This document shows, one piece after another, positions 1-13,005 of a stretch of DNA of 64,000 nucleotides (the stretch's first letter is position 1; the number at the start of each line of letters is the position of its first letter). The notes beneath the pieces were generated by a model. It had not been told where the DNA came from. It did no database searches and was given only the letters and a program-made list of their open reading frames with translations. The position numbers were made by a program, and so were the translations under genes. Source of the DNA: Piromyces finnis finn (taxonomy: Eukaryota > Fungi > Neocallimastigomycota); assembly GCA_002104945.1 (NCBI GenBank), contig MCFH01000022.1, forward strand, positions 496,001-560,000, given 5' to 3'.

Positions 1-1
1 A

Positions 2-2133
2 TTACATGATTTATCTGAATATATTAATAAAAAAGATTTAAATTTCCATGATCCAAAGGTTTTAAGTTATGGGATGAATGAAAATAAAATTTATGGTATT
101 CCTTTTGAATATGATTTCGATGTATTGTATTATCATAAAGATGGTGAAATTTCAAATGAAAATAGTGATACATTGACGTTAATAGAGAATATGGAAGATT
201 ATACATGGGAATCTTTATTAAAACAAATGGATAAAAATGGTCAATCTCTTAGAGTTTCATTGAGTGACGATAATGACTTATTAAATTTCATAATTGAATA
301 TACAAGTAATAATTATAAATTGTCTGTAAAAAACAATCCAAATTATATGAAATTATTTTATAATGAGTCTTCATCAACTTATTATACTAAATTACGTGAT
401 TTAGTAAAATCATTTTCCCAAAATAAGGATGTAAAAAGTGCTATTGAATCAACATTAAATGACGCATATAATAGCTTTTTGGCGAAAAATTCAACATTCT
501 TTAAAGCAAAGGCTTCTCATAACTTCCTTTTTAAATCGAAATATGGAAACGATGGAATTCCTTTATCTCTTCCTCCAAAATATCAAAGTGCTACAACAAA
601 TAAATATTTAGTTGCAAATAAATATAGTGATATTAAACCTGATCTTCTTGCTGAAGTGGCTCTCATTCTTACCGATAAGGAAGCACAATTATTCCGTGCT
701 GAAAAATATGGAAGTATTCCAACATTTGATTTCACTAAAAAAGATTCCGATCAATATTTACAAGATTATTGCAATAATAATCCAGTTATTTGTGATGCAA
801 TGGATAAAATGGAAAAACTTTATATTAGAGATATTTTTAGTTCTGACACAATGGTACCATTTTATGAAATATTATGTTTTATTCCAATCCGATTTAAAAA
901 TTATTTTTTATCTAATGATCTTGAATACATAAAAAGCTCTTTACAAAATGTGAATGAATTTGTTACAAGTAATTTAGGTATATATGGAACATTATCTAAA
1001 ATATCTGTTTTATTTGTTATTGGATTTTGTTGTTATGTAATTTTTATGACATACATATTAAAAGAACATCCATATATCAAAGTTATGTCACCACCATATT
1101 GTAATTTAATTGTCATAGGATGTATTTTAAATATGATTAAATTAATGAAATTTAATCCACCATATACACTTAAAAAAATAAAAACATATCTTTTTATTGA
1201 GACCCTCAGTACTAGTTTAATTTTCATTCCAATGTTTGTAATTATTTATCGAATTTATTATATATACAAAACAAAATCACTCCCTAAAAAATCTACATAT
1301 AAAACACTTTTTTTAATTTGTGTAATAGCAGCTATTTTTGTAGGAGTTATTTATAATGTGGCTATTATTTTTAACAATAAATTTTATTACGAAACAGTTG
1401 GTTCTGTTAGTGATACACGTATTCCAATAGGATATTTTTCAAATTACGAAACGTTAAATAAAATTTATAATGGATATCTTACAATTATTGTATGTATTAT
1501 ACTGTAATTTATTATTTAAAATCAAAAATCTTTCATAATAATATTTATTTATCAAGTGCTAACCTTTAATTTTTTTTCATATAGTTCATTACTATTTTCA
1601 TAATGGCTATTTATACCGGAACTTTATCAAAAAGATTTTTGGATATTTCATATATATTTGTTATTTACACTACAAATATTGCTGATTATATTGTTGAACG
1701 TTTAATAACAAGATTGAAGGGTAGTATGTATTATCCTATGTTTATTCTCTTAATAGTTTTATTTCATTGTATTGTTCATTTCAATTGTGTTTATCTTTTG
1801 ATTGGGTTAAGAATTTACTTTATTAAAAAAAATCCAAGATATAATTTTGATAATATTTATAATACAAATGTTGCACAACTCATTCCATTGAAATATAAAA
1901 CAAAAACTATGAGTGTATTTAGAAGATTTAGTGTTTTATCGTCAACAAGTAGTTTTAATAATAATCCTTCTATTAGAAGTGGTGGAGCAAGTGGTTATAA
2001 CACAAACTACAAAGCAGGAAGTCAAGCTGCCGCTTCATTTAAAACAAGTAATTCAAATATTAGAAATATAGGAGTAACTTCATTTAAATCAAGTAATACA
2101 AATATAAGAAGTATACCTCATCAAGATTTCTAA
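2..2133 (+). CDS. SBP-ectodomain class C GPCR, copy 1 (5'-truncated by window edge); join(<2..1489,1585..2133)
   Basis: Frame is open from base 2 (LHDLSEYINKKDLNFHDPK...). SBP-like motif IYGIPFEYDFDVLYY, then HPYIKVMSPPYCNLIVIG and 7 hydrophobic segments. Phase-0 intron GTATGT(1490)..ATAG(1584) joins YLTII|FITIFIM. Confidence 0.88.
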
Positions 2134-2702
2134 TAAATGATAATATAATATTTTAATATCAAGGAAATAAGAAATATTAATGTGTTATGATAAAAAAGTA
2201 TTGTAAAAATATTAAAATATAAATTAATTCGAAAAAAAAGAAAAAGAAGATAATATGGATTTTATAAATATATAAAAGCATGTATTGAATAATTTTAAAA
2301 AACAGACTTATTTTGCAATAATAATATATATCTTTATACTTGTTCATTTTTGCCTGAAAAAAATTTTTTTTTATTTTGTTCGTTTAATATTTTCCATTTT
2401 GTATTTAAAAAAACTTTTCATAATATAATATTATTTATTTTTTAAATATTTACAAATTTATTTATTTATAAAAATTAATTTACATAGTGATATATTTAAT
2501 TAAAAATAATTTACCTACCCAAAATTTTGTAAATAATTTTTTTTTTTTTTGGTTATTTTTTTTTTATATTCACTTTATTATATATATATAATTAATAATT
2601 TACATTACTTATATTTTATATAAAAATATAAATATTGAAGTAAAATAAAAAAATAATAAAGTATTTATTATAATTCTTTATTATAATAATAATAAAAAAT
2701 TT

Positions 2703-5255
2703 TTATATTCTGTTTCCTCTCACATCAACACTGGTAGTTTTAGCTGAATAAGCGGTACTTGCTTGTGAAATACTACCTCGAGTATTACTATTAGTGGTAA
2801 ATCTACTACCACTCATAATACTCATACATCTTAATTTTGATCTTAAAGCAACATATTGAGTAGCATCTGTTGTACTATTTGTACCACCAGTATCAAATTC
2901 AGGATTATTCATAAGTAAGTGGATTCTTGAACCAATTAATACATATACACATATAAAATGAAGGAAACAATTAAAAAGAATAGTTAAAAAGAAATACTGT
3001 GGATAATTTTTACCGTCCAGTTTTTTAATTAATTCATTAACAAGATAGTCAGAAATGTTTGTGCAGAAAATAACAAATGTATAACAAACATCACCAAATT
3101 TACTTGAACGACTTCCAGTAGCAATAATCATAAATATAAGAGCAATAAACTATTTTATTTATTTTAAAATTATTTAAATAAAGAAATTAGTATAAACCAT
3201 TTTTCAAATAATTATAAATTAATAATTAACAATAAATAAAAAATTATTAAATATTGTTTTAGTACTATTTGCTATTTGTAAATAAATATAATATAATATA
3301 ACATAATATTTATATGATATAAAAAAGTTACTACTTACAACAAAACCAAGGTATGCTTGATATACTTTATTTAGAGATTGATAATTACTGTATTCTCCAA
3401 CAGGAATACGAGAATAACCATTTGAACCAATTGCTTCATAGAAAAATTTACATGTAAAGATAATAACTACCTTATATATAACGGCAATACTAATTGCAAT
3501 CATAATACTAAAGAATAAACGTTTATTATCTAATTTATTTGACATAAACGACTTTGTTTTGAAAATACGATAAATACGATAAGCAACTGCAAACATTGGA
3601 ATATAAATTAGATTTGTACCAAGTGCTTCAATTACAACAAAAATTTTAATTTTAGCAATTGAGTATGACGGAATATATTTCAATAACTTTATCATATTTA
3701 AAACACATCCTCCTACAATTAAATTACAAAACACCGGTGATATAACCTTAATATAAGGATGGTCTCTTAATCTATAGGTCATAAAAATAACAAAAAAACA
3801 GAATACAATTGTTAAAACAGTTATGAAAATTGATAATACACCATATAAACCCATGTCAGAAGTAATTAATTCATTCATATTTTGAAAAGTTAACTTTAAA
3901 TTATCAATATCTCTTTTTTCAAAAAATGTTTTGATTTTTAATGGAAGAAGACATAATATTTCATAAAATGGTACCATATATTTTGACTTAAATATATCTC
4001 TTATATATAATTTCTTAGTTTTTTCCATGATACTACATATAACTGGATTATCATTACAATAGGTTTGCATGTCTTCGTCTGAATCTTTTTTAGTAAAATC
4101 AAATGTTGGAATACAACCAAATTCATCAGCACGTAAAAGTTGTATTTTCTTATCTGTAAGGATAAGTGCGATTTCTGCGAGTATTTCTGGTTTAATATCA
4201 CTATACTTATTGGCAACTAAAAGTTTATGATTAGTTACACTTTGATGTTTTGGTAAAGGTGTCATAGGAAGATCAGCATTATTATATTTTAATTTTTTAA
4301 ATATAAAATTATAGGATGCTCTAGCCTTAAAGAAAGTTGAATCACCCTTCATATAATCATTAAATGCGCTATATAAATTATAATTATATATTTCCTCTTG
4401 ATATTTAATATATGATTTAATAAAATCACGTAATTCTACATATAAAGAAGTGGAAGTATTATTATAAAATAATTTCATATGATCTGGGTCATAATCTGGT
4501 GATAAATTGAATTTATTACTTGTGTATTCAACGAAAAAGTTTAATAAATCATCCGCTTCACGAGTTGGTATAGTTTGAGGTTGCTCATTATTTTTTAATT
4601 TTTCTGTTAAATCATCCCATGTATAACTTTCCATATTATTTATTAATTCTTGGGTATCATTATAAGCTTTTGAATATAGCTTTTCATGACGATAATAAAA
4701 TACATTAAAATCATTTTCATAAGGAATACCAATTAATTTTTTTTCATATATACCATAACTTAAACTTTTAGGATCATGAAACTCGAGAACTTTCATGTCA
4801 ATATATTTGGAGAGATCATGAAATAATTCAAGAGATGGATATCTATATCCAACATTTGTACGAACCCAATCACTTTCAATTAATGACATTTCACTAAATA
4901 AAGTTCTATCATCAACAATAGCCATATCATAATTTTTTTCTTTTAATTTTTTAGATAAAAAATTCATATAATTAAATGCTACAGTTGAATAACCATTTGC
5001 CATTGGTTCGTAATGATAAAAATAAAAATCTATTTCATAATCTTTAAGTTTTTCATTATCTTTGACTTTTTCTGTAAAATATCCATTTAAAGCACTTTTA
5101 TATTTGTCATAATCAAAATACCAATTTTTTGAACTACTAGTATATATATCAAGATCTCTTAAACATATAGTAATTTTTTTTTTAGCTTTAACAGTACAGA
5201 GTGAACATAATACTGTATAAAAAAGAAACGATAATTTTTTTATTTTTTGAATCAT
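2703..5255 (-). CDS. SBP-ectodomain class C GPCR, copy 2; exons 5255..3339 and 3149..2703
   Basis: N-terminal signal peptide; LIGIPYENDFNVFYY; HPYIKVISPVFCNLIVGG. Phase-0 intron GTAAGT(3338)..AG(3150) joins YLGFV|FIALIFM at the same position as copy 1. Confidence 0.9.
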
Positions 5256-6350
5256 TATAGTATTCTATTAACTTTAAAAGAAAATGAATAAATAATAAAA
5301 AAAAAAAAAGAAATAAAAAAGAAAAAAGAAAAAGAGAAAATAAAAAAAAAAAAGGAATTTTAATTAATATAATTATTTTTTTATAAACTTTAATATATTT
5401 TTTCAATAATATATAATTATAAAGTTATTTTAAGATTTAAAAAAATAAGAAAAAAAAAATTAAAATTCATATTATAGTTTTTAAGAACTTTAATAGTATA
5501 ATTTTTTATTTAAATTAATAAAAGTGCTTTTCATTTTATTACTTTATTTAAATTTTTAAAATATATATTTAGTAATTTTTTACCCTATTCAATATTATTC
5601 CTATTATCATAAATTTAATTAATATCATTAATTTTATATTTAGTAATTTTTATATATTATTTTTTAACTATTTATATATTAATAACTAATTAAGACATTA
5701 ATTCATTATTTTTTCTTCTTTTTTTTTTTTTTTAACTTGAAATATTTAAGAATGTTTTTTTTTCTCCATATTATAATAATTAAACTATATTAATGTAAAA
5801 GGTATAATTTTATATTATCCATAATAATAAATTTAAATAAATTACTCAAATTTATAGTTTTTTTTTTTTATATATATATATAAACTAAAATCAATAATAA
5901 ATAAATTTTTATTATTATAATAATAATAAAAAAATTTTAAATCTTTTTATTTTTTGAAATTTCCTTAAATTATACTTTCAAAATAACCACCTTTCAATTT
6001 TCAATTTTTATTTTATTTATTTTAATTTTGATTATTTAATAATTTTTTGTTTTTTAAAAATTTAAATGTTTCTTTTACAATAAAGTTTTATATATTTTTA
6101 ATTTAATCTTTCAACTTTTATAATTTTATTATTTCTTTTAATATTTTTACTTTTTTAAAAGTCTATATTACTTTCTAAATTTTTTTCTAAATTTTTTCTA
6201 AATTTTTTTCTAAATTTTTTTTAAATTTTTTTTTTTACATAAGTAAAAATCTTTAAAATTGTTTCTATATTTTATATACAAATTATTTATCATGGAGGAA
6301 ATATAATATAATTATATATTTATATAATTATATATTTATATTGTTATGGA

Positions 6351-9074
6351 TTAATAATTATAATTATTTCTACCAGAAGATTCATTATATCTATTGTAAT
6401 TTAAAAAGTTATAGTTAGGGTTCATATGATTTGGACTTGTCTGCTGATTATAATTATCATAATTATCATAATTATCATAATCATGACTTAAAAATGGGCT
6501 TGTTGGACTGTAATTTGGAGGTGAATTATTATTGTTATTTGTATAGTTTGGAATATTATTACGTTGTGAGGCATTTGTATAAGCGTTAGAATATGGAGAT
6601 GTTGGTGATTTAATATTACTTAAACTATTGTTTACAAGTGTATTTGGACTTTTCATGGTGCCATCACTTGAATTAATAAATCCAGAATTTAATCCATAAT
6701 TTCCAGAAGTGTTGTAGAGAATATAATTTTTATTAGTACTACTACTTGTATTATAAGGTTCACTGATTTCTAATGTATCATTACTACTATTCTTTTTTGA
6801 TTTAGATTTAAATGCTAAATTTCCTTTGAATTTATTAACTAATTCACTGTAGGCCTTCTTTGATCTTAAAGGAATAAATTCCTTTAAATCTTCTGAATCC
6901 ATAGCAGAACTAACTTTCATATCATCTGGATAGAGTAAAACGAAAAGAAGTCTTGATCCAATTAAAAAGTGAATACTTAAATAACTAACCACACAATTAA
7001 ATAAAATAACAAGGAAGAAATATTTTTCATAATTAATATGAGATAATTTTTCTAAAAGTCTTCTTACGATGAAATCAGCAATATTTAAAGAGAAAATAAC
7101 AAAAATATAACTAATATCACCGAATTTTCTTGAAATTCTACCAGTAGTAAGCATCATAAAAAGTAAAGCAATGAAAATTCCATGTAAGTAGAAGAGATAA
7201 ATGTTAGTATATACTTCAGCATCTTCAAGCATATATTCAGGAAAACGAGTATATCTAAGAGATCCGAATGGTAAATAATAAAAGTTAACTTTATATGCTA
7301 TATAAGATCTATAAGCAACAGCAACCAATATAGCTAATACTACTCCAAAGAATAAACGTTTATTATTTAATGATTTAGTCATGAAAGATTTAGCTCTGAA
7401 AATACGGAAGATACGGTAGGTAACAGCAAACATTGGAACGTAAATTAAATTAATACTAATGGTTTCATAGATATAATAGAATTTTGCCATAAACGCAGTG
7501 TATGGTGGTAAATATTGTAAAAATTTACACATATTCATGGTAGTACCTAAGATAATCATTATACAAAATATTGGGGAAATAACCTTTATGTATGGATGTT
7601 CTCTGTGCTTATAAATCAAACACATGATAACCAAGAAAAATACAGCAAAACCAAACATTAATATATAAGAAAAAATTCCATAAATACCTAATTGTTCAGT
7701 AAGTAATATGAATAAATTTTTAAAAGCAAAGATAACAGCTTCAACGTCATTATTAAGTATGTAATTTCTTATTATTTTTGGTAAGTTAATTTCAATTTCT
7801 ATAAATGGTGAGCTTTTTTCATTCTTTAAAATATCTTTAATGTAAAGACGATCCATTTTTTCGATGATATTACATATATATGGTTGACTAGAACAGTAAG
7901 CTTTGATTTCTGGATCACTTTCTTTTTGCTTCATATCAAAAGTTGGAATACTTCCAAAATGATTAGCTCTGTATAATTGAGCATCCTTTGAAGTAAGAGC
8001 AATAGCAACTTCAGCAAGTAACTTCTTATCTACTTTACTATTTGTAGTAATTGCTAAATACTTTTCCATTATATTTGATTTATATTTTGGTGGAAGAGTG
8101 TAAGAATAAGTATTATTAGTTTTTTCCATTTCAGAACGAATAATATGACGGTGTGAAGCTTTTCCTTTGAAAAACATTGACTTTTCTTCAACAAAATCAG
8201 CAAATGCATCATCTAAAGTTATTTGAAGGGATTCAGTAACATCACCATTAGTGTAACTAATGATATAATCATAAATGGAAGAAAATAATTCTTCACCAGT
8301 CTTATTATAAAATACTTTCCAATAAAATGGATCATATTCTTTTGATAATTGGTATTTACATGCAGTATATTCGATAATTAAATTTAATAAATCATTATCA
8401 TCACCTAAACCAATTGATTGAGTTTTTGGAGTTGAAGATTGTATTGAATTTAATAAATCGTCCCAATTAATAGTTTTCATTTTATCTACAATACCAACAG
8501 AATCTTTATTTTGATCATTGTAGTACAATACATCAAAATCTAATTCGAATGGTAATCCATAAATTGTACCTTCATATATACCATCATTAAGAGCCCTTGC
8601 TTCATTGAAACTAAGTTCTTCTTTTTTAATATATTCTGATAATGGATGGAATATTTCAATAGATGGTCTACGGTGTTCTAAATAAAATTCAACAATATCA
8701 CTCTCCATAAAGGCCATTTCACTAAATAATATACGATCATCTAAAATCATCATATCATAATTTCCTTCTGAAAGATCAGGTTCTACTTCATATAAATATT
8801 TGAAATATACTGAACCTCCACCTTCCTTGACTGGTAAATATTCATAAAAAGAAAATGCTATTTCAACATTAGCTAAAGCAGGATTAACAGCGCTTTGTTC
8901 TGCTAAGTAAGAATTGATTAATTCTTCATACTTTATTTCCCATTCTTCAGCAACCGCGGTTTCTGGCATATCCGGTTGTTTAGTAAGAATAGTAATTACA
9001 GTTTTCTCAGCATAAGAAAAACTGATTATAATCGAGAAAAGAGTTAAATATATAAAGCTGTAAAGAATTCTCAT
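6351..9074 (-). CDS. SBP-ectodomain class C GPCR, copy 3 (intronless, 907 aa, Asn/Ser/Pro-rich tail)
   Basis: Single ORF with signal peptide, IYGLPFELDFDVLYYN, HPYIKVISPIFCIMIILG, a complete 7TM region and a low-complexity cytoplasmic tail. Confidence 0.92.
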   Translation of the reverse strand: MRILYSFIYLTLFSIIISFSYAEKTVITILTKQPDMPETAVAEEWEIKYEELINSYLAEQSAVNPALANVEIAFSFYEYLPVKEGGGSVYFKYLYEVEPDLSEGNYDMMILDDRILFSEMAFMESDIVEFYLEHRRPSIEIFHPLSEYIKKEELSFNEARALNDGIYEGTIYGLPFELDFDVLYYNDQNKDSVGIVDKMKTINWDDLLNSIQSSTPKTQSIGLGDDNDLLNLIIEYTACKYQLSKEYDPFYWKVFYNKTGEELFSSIYDYIISYTNGDVTESLQITLDDAFADFVEEKSMFFKGKASHRHIIRSEMEKTNNTYSYTLPPKYKSNIMEKYLAITTNSKVDKKLLAEVAIALTSKDAQLYRANHFGSIPTFDMKQKESDPEIKAYCSSQPYICNIIEKMDRLYIKDILKNEKSSPFIEIEINLPKIIRNYILNNDVEAVIFAFKNLFILLTEQLGIYGIFSYILMFGFAVFFLVIMCLIYKHREHPYIKVISPIFCIMIILGTTMNMCKFLQYLPPYTAFMAKFYYIYETISINLIYVPMFAVTYRIFRIFRAKSFMTKSLNNKRLFFGVVLAILVAVAYRSYIAYKVNFYYLPFGSLRYTRFPEYMLEDAEVYTNIYLFYLHGIFIALLFMMLTTGRISRKFGDISYIFVIFSLNIADFIVRRLLEKLSHINYEKYFFLVILFNCVVSYLSIHFLIGSRLLFVLLYPDDMKVSSAMDSEDLKEFIPLRSKKAYSELVNKFKGNLAFKSKSKKNSSNDTLEISEPYNTSSSTNKNYILYNTSGNYGLNSGFINSSDGTMKSPNTLVNNSLSNIKSPTSPYSNAYTNASQRNNIPNYTNNNNNSPPNYSPTSPFLSHDYDNYDNYDNYNQQTSPNHMNPNYNFLNYNRYNESSGRNNYNY

Positions 9075-11368
9075 TTTGTTTATTATGTTTTAAATTATTT
9101 TAAAAACACTTTTAAATTGTATAAAATTTAAAGGTTTTTTTTTTTTCTTACAAAATCAAATATCAATTATTTTATATTTTATATTATTATGTAAAAGCAA
9201 TTACAATAAAAATAACTAATAAAAATATTTATTATTTATTTTTATATCTATACAATTTATACTTTATATAAATAAAGTATAATTTTTTTCTAATATTTTA
9301 TGTACAATTTTTATTTATATAAGTATTGTACTTTTACTTTTATTATTTTATTATATATAATTACTTTATAATAAAAAAAAAAAGATAGAAAATGAGAATT
9401 TTTGAGTTTATATATCAAATATCAAATAAATAATAGATATTTACATAAAAAAAATTAATCTTTTTTTTTATATAATAATATTAAAAAAAAAACGTTAAAA
9501 CTCTAATTTATAATTAAATTAATAAAAATTTAATATAACTTTAAACTATATTATTTTAAACGATTAACATATGAATATCTATAAATCTTCATTTAAATTA
9601 TATTAAACTTAATTTAAAAATTGGTATTTCAATAGTTAATTATTCGACTATAATATTAAATATTATATGATTTTAAAAATGAAATTTTATCATTTATTTA
9701 ATAATTAATAAAATTCGAAACACAAAATTTTTTTAATTTATTTATTTTAAATTTAGTTATAAAAAAAAATTAATATGGGGCAATTAATTTTTAATTAAAT
9801 TTTAATTAAATATTTCTTTTTTATTTAATATTATAATATATTAAAATTATTTTTTTCATTAATAGTTCATATTATTAGTGATATAACAAAAATGATAATC
9901 AATAATCTAATTAGGAATAATAATAATATAAATATTCTTTTAATTTTCAATATTCATACTTGTTACTATTATTATAACGAAAATAAAGGTAATATTTATT
10001 ATAAAATTAATTTATTTCTGGGTAATTAATAAGCACAAAATATATTTGTTTTTTTTTTATTATTTAATATGTTTTTTTGAAATACTAAATTATATATCAT
10101 ATAAAATTTAAAAAAAAAATAATAAAAAACATTCATTTTTATATTTTCATTATTAATTAACCATTGAATAAATAAATAATATTCTTAACTTATTATTCAT
10201 TTATTCCCATATAAAAATTAATAATTAGAACAGTTTTTTTTTCTAGTAAGTGTTTAATTATTGCCAGTTTTATTTTTTCCAAAAATCTACATTTTCGAAT
10301 ATTTTCAATATCTCGAATTTTATATTTTATTTTCCTTTGTGATAAAATTATGATCGGAAGATAAAAAAAAAAAAAGGTACTTTATTTACAACAAATAGAA
10401 TAATAATATAATTCATATAATGAAATTAAAATACAAAAATTTAATAATTAAAAGAGGTATTAAATCGTTATTAAATCTATTATTATTTTAATATTTTAAT
10501 ATATAATAGTATTAATTTAATTATTAAATAAATTAAAATCAAATTCAAAAATATATTAATTTTAAATTAATAAAATAAATCTATTTTTTTTTTGGAATAA
10601 AAAATTTGGGATACTTTTAATTATATTAAATAAATTAATTTTTTTAATAGTTCCACAAATTTAAAATGGAATTATGTGGCTTACTTTACCTTCATGTTTC
10701 TAATTTACATGAATGTATTTATATATATTTCTTATTAAAAATAATATAAAAAAACAATATTAAAATCAAATATAAATAGAATTAAAAAAAAATTAATATT
10801 TATAAATCTTATATTAATAATAAAGTTAATAATAATATTAATTATAATAATATATGTAATATTACAAAAAAAAAAATTATATATCTTTTTTAGTTTACAT
10901 ATAATACAAAACAAATAATAATTAGAATTAGAATATATTATTTTTTAATATTTATTAATAAATAAAGTTAATCTGTAAAATTTGATTGGTAAATATTTTT
11001 TTTATATTTTACAGAAAAATTCAACTTATTACAATTTATTAAATTATGTGAATAATATTCCGTATTTATTTCTTGATTTTATATTAAAATTAATTCATAA
11101 AGTAGAATTTGAATAAGGAAGAATACACTACAAAAAATTTAAAAATCAATATAAATCATTATCTTCCACAGAAAAAGTGATAAATCACATAAAAAAAAAA
11201 AAAAAAGCTTATCTTCAAAACTATTTTCAGAGTTCTTTGGAATATTCCTTACCACTTTTATGATTTCATTCATTAAATAATATAAAGTTTTCTTCCAAAA
11301 CTTTCATTTTTTACATGTATAATATTGTAATGTTGCATAACTAAATATTTTTTCAAAGTTATTATTCT

Positions 11369-11960
11369 TTTTTTTTTAGACTGGAAAGAGAATACACTTC
11401 TTCCTGTATTTTTTTATTTAATTTGAAATATTACATTATATCAGGTAATAATACATATTGAATAAATGATAAATAATAAAATAGATATATATATAAATAA
11501 AAATACAAAATAAAATAAAATAAAATAATTATTAAAGTTGCATAAAAGTTCAATGAACTCTACAATTCGTACTGTGTGAGGTTGGTCCCTACCTAATAAA
11601 TTAAATGAAATAAAATAGAGAAGTAACATCAGGTATAATAGTGTGGTGTCCACTAAACTCTCCAGTTCATAATGTTTTTATTCAAAGAAATACTAACATT
11701 GAACCCTGTGTATTAGGAATGTTCCTTTGCTATATCGGTACGACGTTGGCACTCTTGATTACGTTAGGTGTCTTACTAAACCTGTCAAAAAGTAGCTTCA
11801 TTGAACTACTAATGATAGGGATTGTTTTAGTAAGAAAAGCCGCAAGATCCTCTATATATGGAACATGAAACTCTGATGAACTGTAAAGCTGTTCATTCAA
11901 ATGTCTTTGTTCCGCTTTATCGATTTGTAGCTTATCATAAGTTAAGGTTTCACCAAGAAA
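11369..11960 (-). mobile_element. 5'-truncated non-LTR retrotransposon (LINE family A) 3' end with poly(A) remnant
   Basis: Homologous to 41496-42100 and 42113-42720. All three end in ...GTGTATTCTCTT(T/C)(C/T/C)AGTCTA followed by an A-rich tract on the minus strand. Encodes the degenerate GGTL/HVPYIE..LAAFLTKTIP C-terminus. Confidence 0.75.
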
Positions 11961-11999
11961 GAACTTAAAAATATAGTTATAAATTGTTTTTCTTACTTC

Positions 12000-12193
12000 T
12001 ATTTCAGGGAGTAAGTAAGTGATGAATTGATTTTTGTATTTATTGTAAAAAAAGGTAAAAAGATCGTCAAAAATGCTAAGTGAAGAAGTTCTGTATTCAG
12101 AGAGTGCAGACCATTCTAAAATCTAGGATAAATACTAATTCATCACTTAGTTTTATGGATTTGTAACTCATCATAAGCTAAAGTTCCACCAAA
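12000..12193 (-). mobile_element. Short diverged LINE family A fragment
   Basis: gatttgtaactcatcataagctaaagttccaccaa matches 42681-42713 (GGTLAYD.LQI); the sequence further downstream diverges. Confidence 0.5.
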
Positions 12194-12790
12194 TTTTTTT
12201 TTTTTTTTAAATATTTTTAAACTTTATTATTAATTTAATTTAAAATTATAATACATGTTATAAAAAAACAAAAATTAAAATATGTTTAAATAAACTCAAA
12301 TGAATAAAAATTGGGTATAATATGTTCTAGTAATTTTAATTAAAGTAAGAAAACCACTATTATACTAAAGTACAATAATTGTATTTGACACCGAGCCAAA
12401 AATCAAAATTTTGTCATGGAACAAAATTATGATCTCCATTGGTTGTGCCGGCCCTCCTGGCCTGTCTTACTATTTCTTCAACATTGACGCTCTTGGATGT
12501 TACTTCAAACCATTAACCATCGCTGGCCAGTAGCAAAGGCATGATTTTGGTTAGAAGTTCCGCTGTTACCGTCAAGAATGGTATTCCTTCGTAAATGCTC
12601 GATCGAATCTGACACTTGCAAAGTTCTTTCCATTCCCTTGAATTGGAATTGATATCGTTAAAACTTTTTTCCCTCAAAAAGGAATTTAAATATTTTATTA
12701 CACATACTAGAATAATTATACACATTAATATTCACCCGATTATTAGTACTATTACTATTATATTATTAACTAAATTACTAAAATTATTTA
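12194..12790 (-). mobile_element. LINE family B 3' end with poly(A) tail
   Basis: Reverse-complement homolog of 26960-27396. Encodes degenerate KEL CKCQI..IYEGIPFLTVTAELLTKIMP. T15 tract at 12194-12208 is poly(A) on the minus strand. Confidence 0.72.
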
Positions 12791-12813
12791 TTATCATCAT
12801 CATCATCATCATC

Positions 12814-12868
<55 letters not shown>
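12790..12868. repeat. (ATC/ATT)n microsatellite
   Basis: Directly visible trinucleotide run; corresponds to the Asn-rich tract of LINE family B. Confidence 0.9.
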
Positions 12869-12869
<1 letters not shown>

Positions 12870-13005
12870 TTTTATAAAATTTCGATAATTTATACAATTA
12901 TATAGATTCTTTAAAATAATAATAATAAAATTATATTATTTTTAAATTTATATCTGTACATTCGATGATGAGTAATTTCAATGATATTAGTTATTTTATA
13001 TATCA

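Noticed and set aside
6200-6350. Poly(A) relic or TSD marking GPCR copy 3 as a retrocopy
   Set aside because: T-runs here are indistinguishable from background homopolymers; no TSD found.
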